This document shows positions 62,201 through 64,000 of a stretch of 64,000 nt of DNA, one piece after another. The translations under genes were made by a program, and so were the position numbers. The DNA is taken from the NCBI GenBank assembly GCA_013239625.1, contig MU055549.1:1699746-1763745 (forward strand). Reading direction: 5' to 3'. Under the pieces are notes generated by a model, which saw only the letters and a list, made by a program, of their open reading frames with translations, had not been told where the DNA came from and did no database searches. Source of the stretch: Lama guanicoe. Lineage: Eukaryota. How positions within the stretch are numbered: position 1 is the first letter of the stretch; each line of letters opens with the position of its first letter.

Positions 62201-63399
62201 ACTGAAGGCCACACTGAACAGAGCAGAGAGCTGTAGCATCAGAGACAAGACAGTACAGATCCTCTGAGTGCTTAAGGGCTAATACTTCCAAAGCGGGGCC
62301 TGCAGGCTTGGTAAACTCCACTTTGCCTCAGTCTCCACCCCTCCCTATCGTATTACAACCAACCCCCTTCTGACTTTACCCGTCCTCTTGGGCTTCGTAC
62401 GATTGGGTCTGTTTTTCCACTTTTCTATCCTAATCAAGGGCAGAGCGGACAGGAGGTGACTCACTGCTGGCTGCTGGCCGGATCTTGCCAACCTGAAACT
62501 GTTTTTACTTAAAGTGAAGTGATTCTCCTCCAGTCCAGCTCTGCCTTCAGGGCTGACGCGGAGACAGCGCGGGGCGGCCCAGGCTCAGCTGTGACCGTGG
62601 CCAGATGCTCACTCAGACTCCTGCACCTGAACTGGCGGCAAACTGGCCTCCGCTCTGCACTCCGGCTTGGTCGCTCTTTCTCTCCGTCTTGTGGGTTTGC
62701 TGCGGGAAGTGATTTCGTGCTTCCTTGAAACAAACTTAGCCTGCCCTTTTCTTGGTGTGGTTCTGGGCATTTGAGGGGTAAACCCTGGGCCTGTGACCAC
62801 TCTCTCCCCACGGTCCTCAGCGACTTCCTCTCAGGTCCCGGGGGGCGCCCGTCCTGCGCCTCGTCCACACGCCTCTGTCGGACCGCAGCCCACACCTCCT
62901 GGGGCTGGACCAGGTGCTCAGGCCTGTCTCCCTCCCGGCTGCTTCCTCAGGCGGGGGTCCACCCTTCCCCGCAGGGGGCCCCATGCTCCCCCGGCGAGAC
63001 CCTCTGTCCGGTCCGCAGACAGAGAGACTCCACAGGGCACGAGGCCCCGCGTTCACCAAGTATGTTCACTCCGTTTCAATCAAATTGGATTGGAATTAAA
63101 ATTCCCAATTTATGTTTACATATACATTTAAAAGTAATTTTCTCTCAGGAGTTGAATGTTTATCCAGTGGTGACTTAAAACTCGTCTGATTAAGCCGTTC
63201 ATTTCTGGGAAATCACAGGCGCGCAGGGCTGACTCAGGGTCTCGGGTTTCCAGACGGTCAGAGGTCGTGAGTGAGTCGGGGCCAGGATGGTTTCTGAGGA
63301 CCGCAGCGCCGACCAGGAAGCATGAATGCGGATGTGTCACTCGGAGGAACGGGGTTGGGCGGGGAGACCCTGGGGAGCTGGCCGGGCTGAGTCCCGCCC

Positions 63400-63570
63400 T
63401 GCGCCTGCTCTGTGCCCTCAGGCCAGCTGATGGGCAGGCTCCAAGCGCCAGCTTCCCCGCCTGGCAGCGGGGACAGGACCTCGCCTCCCAGCAGGGCTGC
63501 TGTAAAAGTTTGGTGAGATATTTGTAACAGGCTTGGGACAGAGCGGGGCACGGAACGGGCACCCAGTCAC
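63400..63570 (+). mobile_element. GC-drifted MIR 3' half
   Basis: CAGGGCTGCTGTAAAAGTTTGGTGAGATATTTGTAACAGGCTTGGGACAGAGCGGGGCAC aligns to the MIR …GGGTTGTTGTGAGGATTAAATGAGATAAT…GCTTAGCACAGTGCCTGGCAC segment. Confidence 0.55.
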
Positions 63571-64000
63571 ACCCACGCGGCCTGCAGACCGTCTCCAGGG
63601 CTGAAAGCCCTCCTCAGGTGGAACTCACGCCTGCCCCTCCCCTGGAGTTAGCACTGGGCGCTTCCTGAGAGCCAGACCTGGATGGGCTCAGAGGGAAGCA
63701 CTTAAATAAAGGAGGAAAGGCCTCTTCCTCCCGCCGCTCACTGCTCGGCGCACACAGAAGGAGTTCACGATGAGTGCCGCCTTTGCCTCAACAGCACGCA
63801 CATGGGCTGTCTGCACCTGGACTGTGTGCCCCTGTTTCCTGAAGGAGCGCCTGGCTCTGGGAGGAGGGCTCGCTCCCACAGCAACAGGCAGAGACCAAAG
63901 GGTGACCCGCCGGCTCCCAGCCCCGCTGGGAGGGAGGGAGGGAGGTGAGCGGCTCAGCCCGTGGGCCGCGGCGGCCTCCCAGCTGGGGGGACTGCCCTGC

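Larger units (their letters stand above)
22478..64000 (+). other. TCERG1L: TCERG1L intron downstream of the exon (intron 4, partial)
   Basis: Starts with GTAAGA. No convincing match to the next exon peptide (DTRTERGRVARPPALMLRAQK…). The orthologous human intron is very long. Confidence 0.78.

Noticed and set aside
2634-63236. Scattered AP-1 TGACTCA/TGAGTCA sites and additional CTCF-like cores
   Set aside because: The count seen is about what chance gives for short motifs in 64 kb, and there is no clustering.
63520-63620. ACAGAGCGGGGC (T-E-R-G) after an AG, as TCERG1L exon 5
   Set aside because: Wrong phase relative to the AG, the downstream peptide does not match RVARPPALMLRAQK, and the segment aligns to MIR.
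9182-63879. Hundreds of 60-275 aa ORFs (e.g. 12463-13260, 35785-36612, 38444-39130, 43227-43937)
   Set aside because: They overlap in all six frames and are rich in P/G/A/R. Stop codons are rare at this GC content, several overlap L2/LTR relics, and none shows recognisable homology.

Overview
Mammalian genomic DNA, most likely a camelid (alpaca/camel), because it holds two tRNA-derived SINE copies of the camelid Vic-1 type. The window lies inside one large + strand gene, TCERG1L (transcription elongation regulator 1-like). The only coding sequence I can support is one 189-nt internal exon at 22289-22477, which matches my recollection of human exon 4 (GGCHNSLK...AAAAAM.SVDPE...[14 protein letters not shown]). 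The rest is intronic. The first ~9 kb is AT-rich and dense in L1/DNA-transposon relics, and the remainder is GC/CpG-rich with L1, L2, MIR, Tigger1 and LTR relics, simple repeats and a 132-N assembly gap. Nearly all long ORFs in the supplied track are GC-content artefacts. I see no evidence for a new multi-gene system. The best leads are candidate cryptic exons just upstream of UG tracts, strong AT->GC drift of old repeats, a complex fold-back junction on a young L1, and a four-element nested TE cluster. Repeat-family names and consensus comparisons are from memory, not from a database search, and repeat boundaries are approximate.
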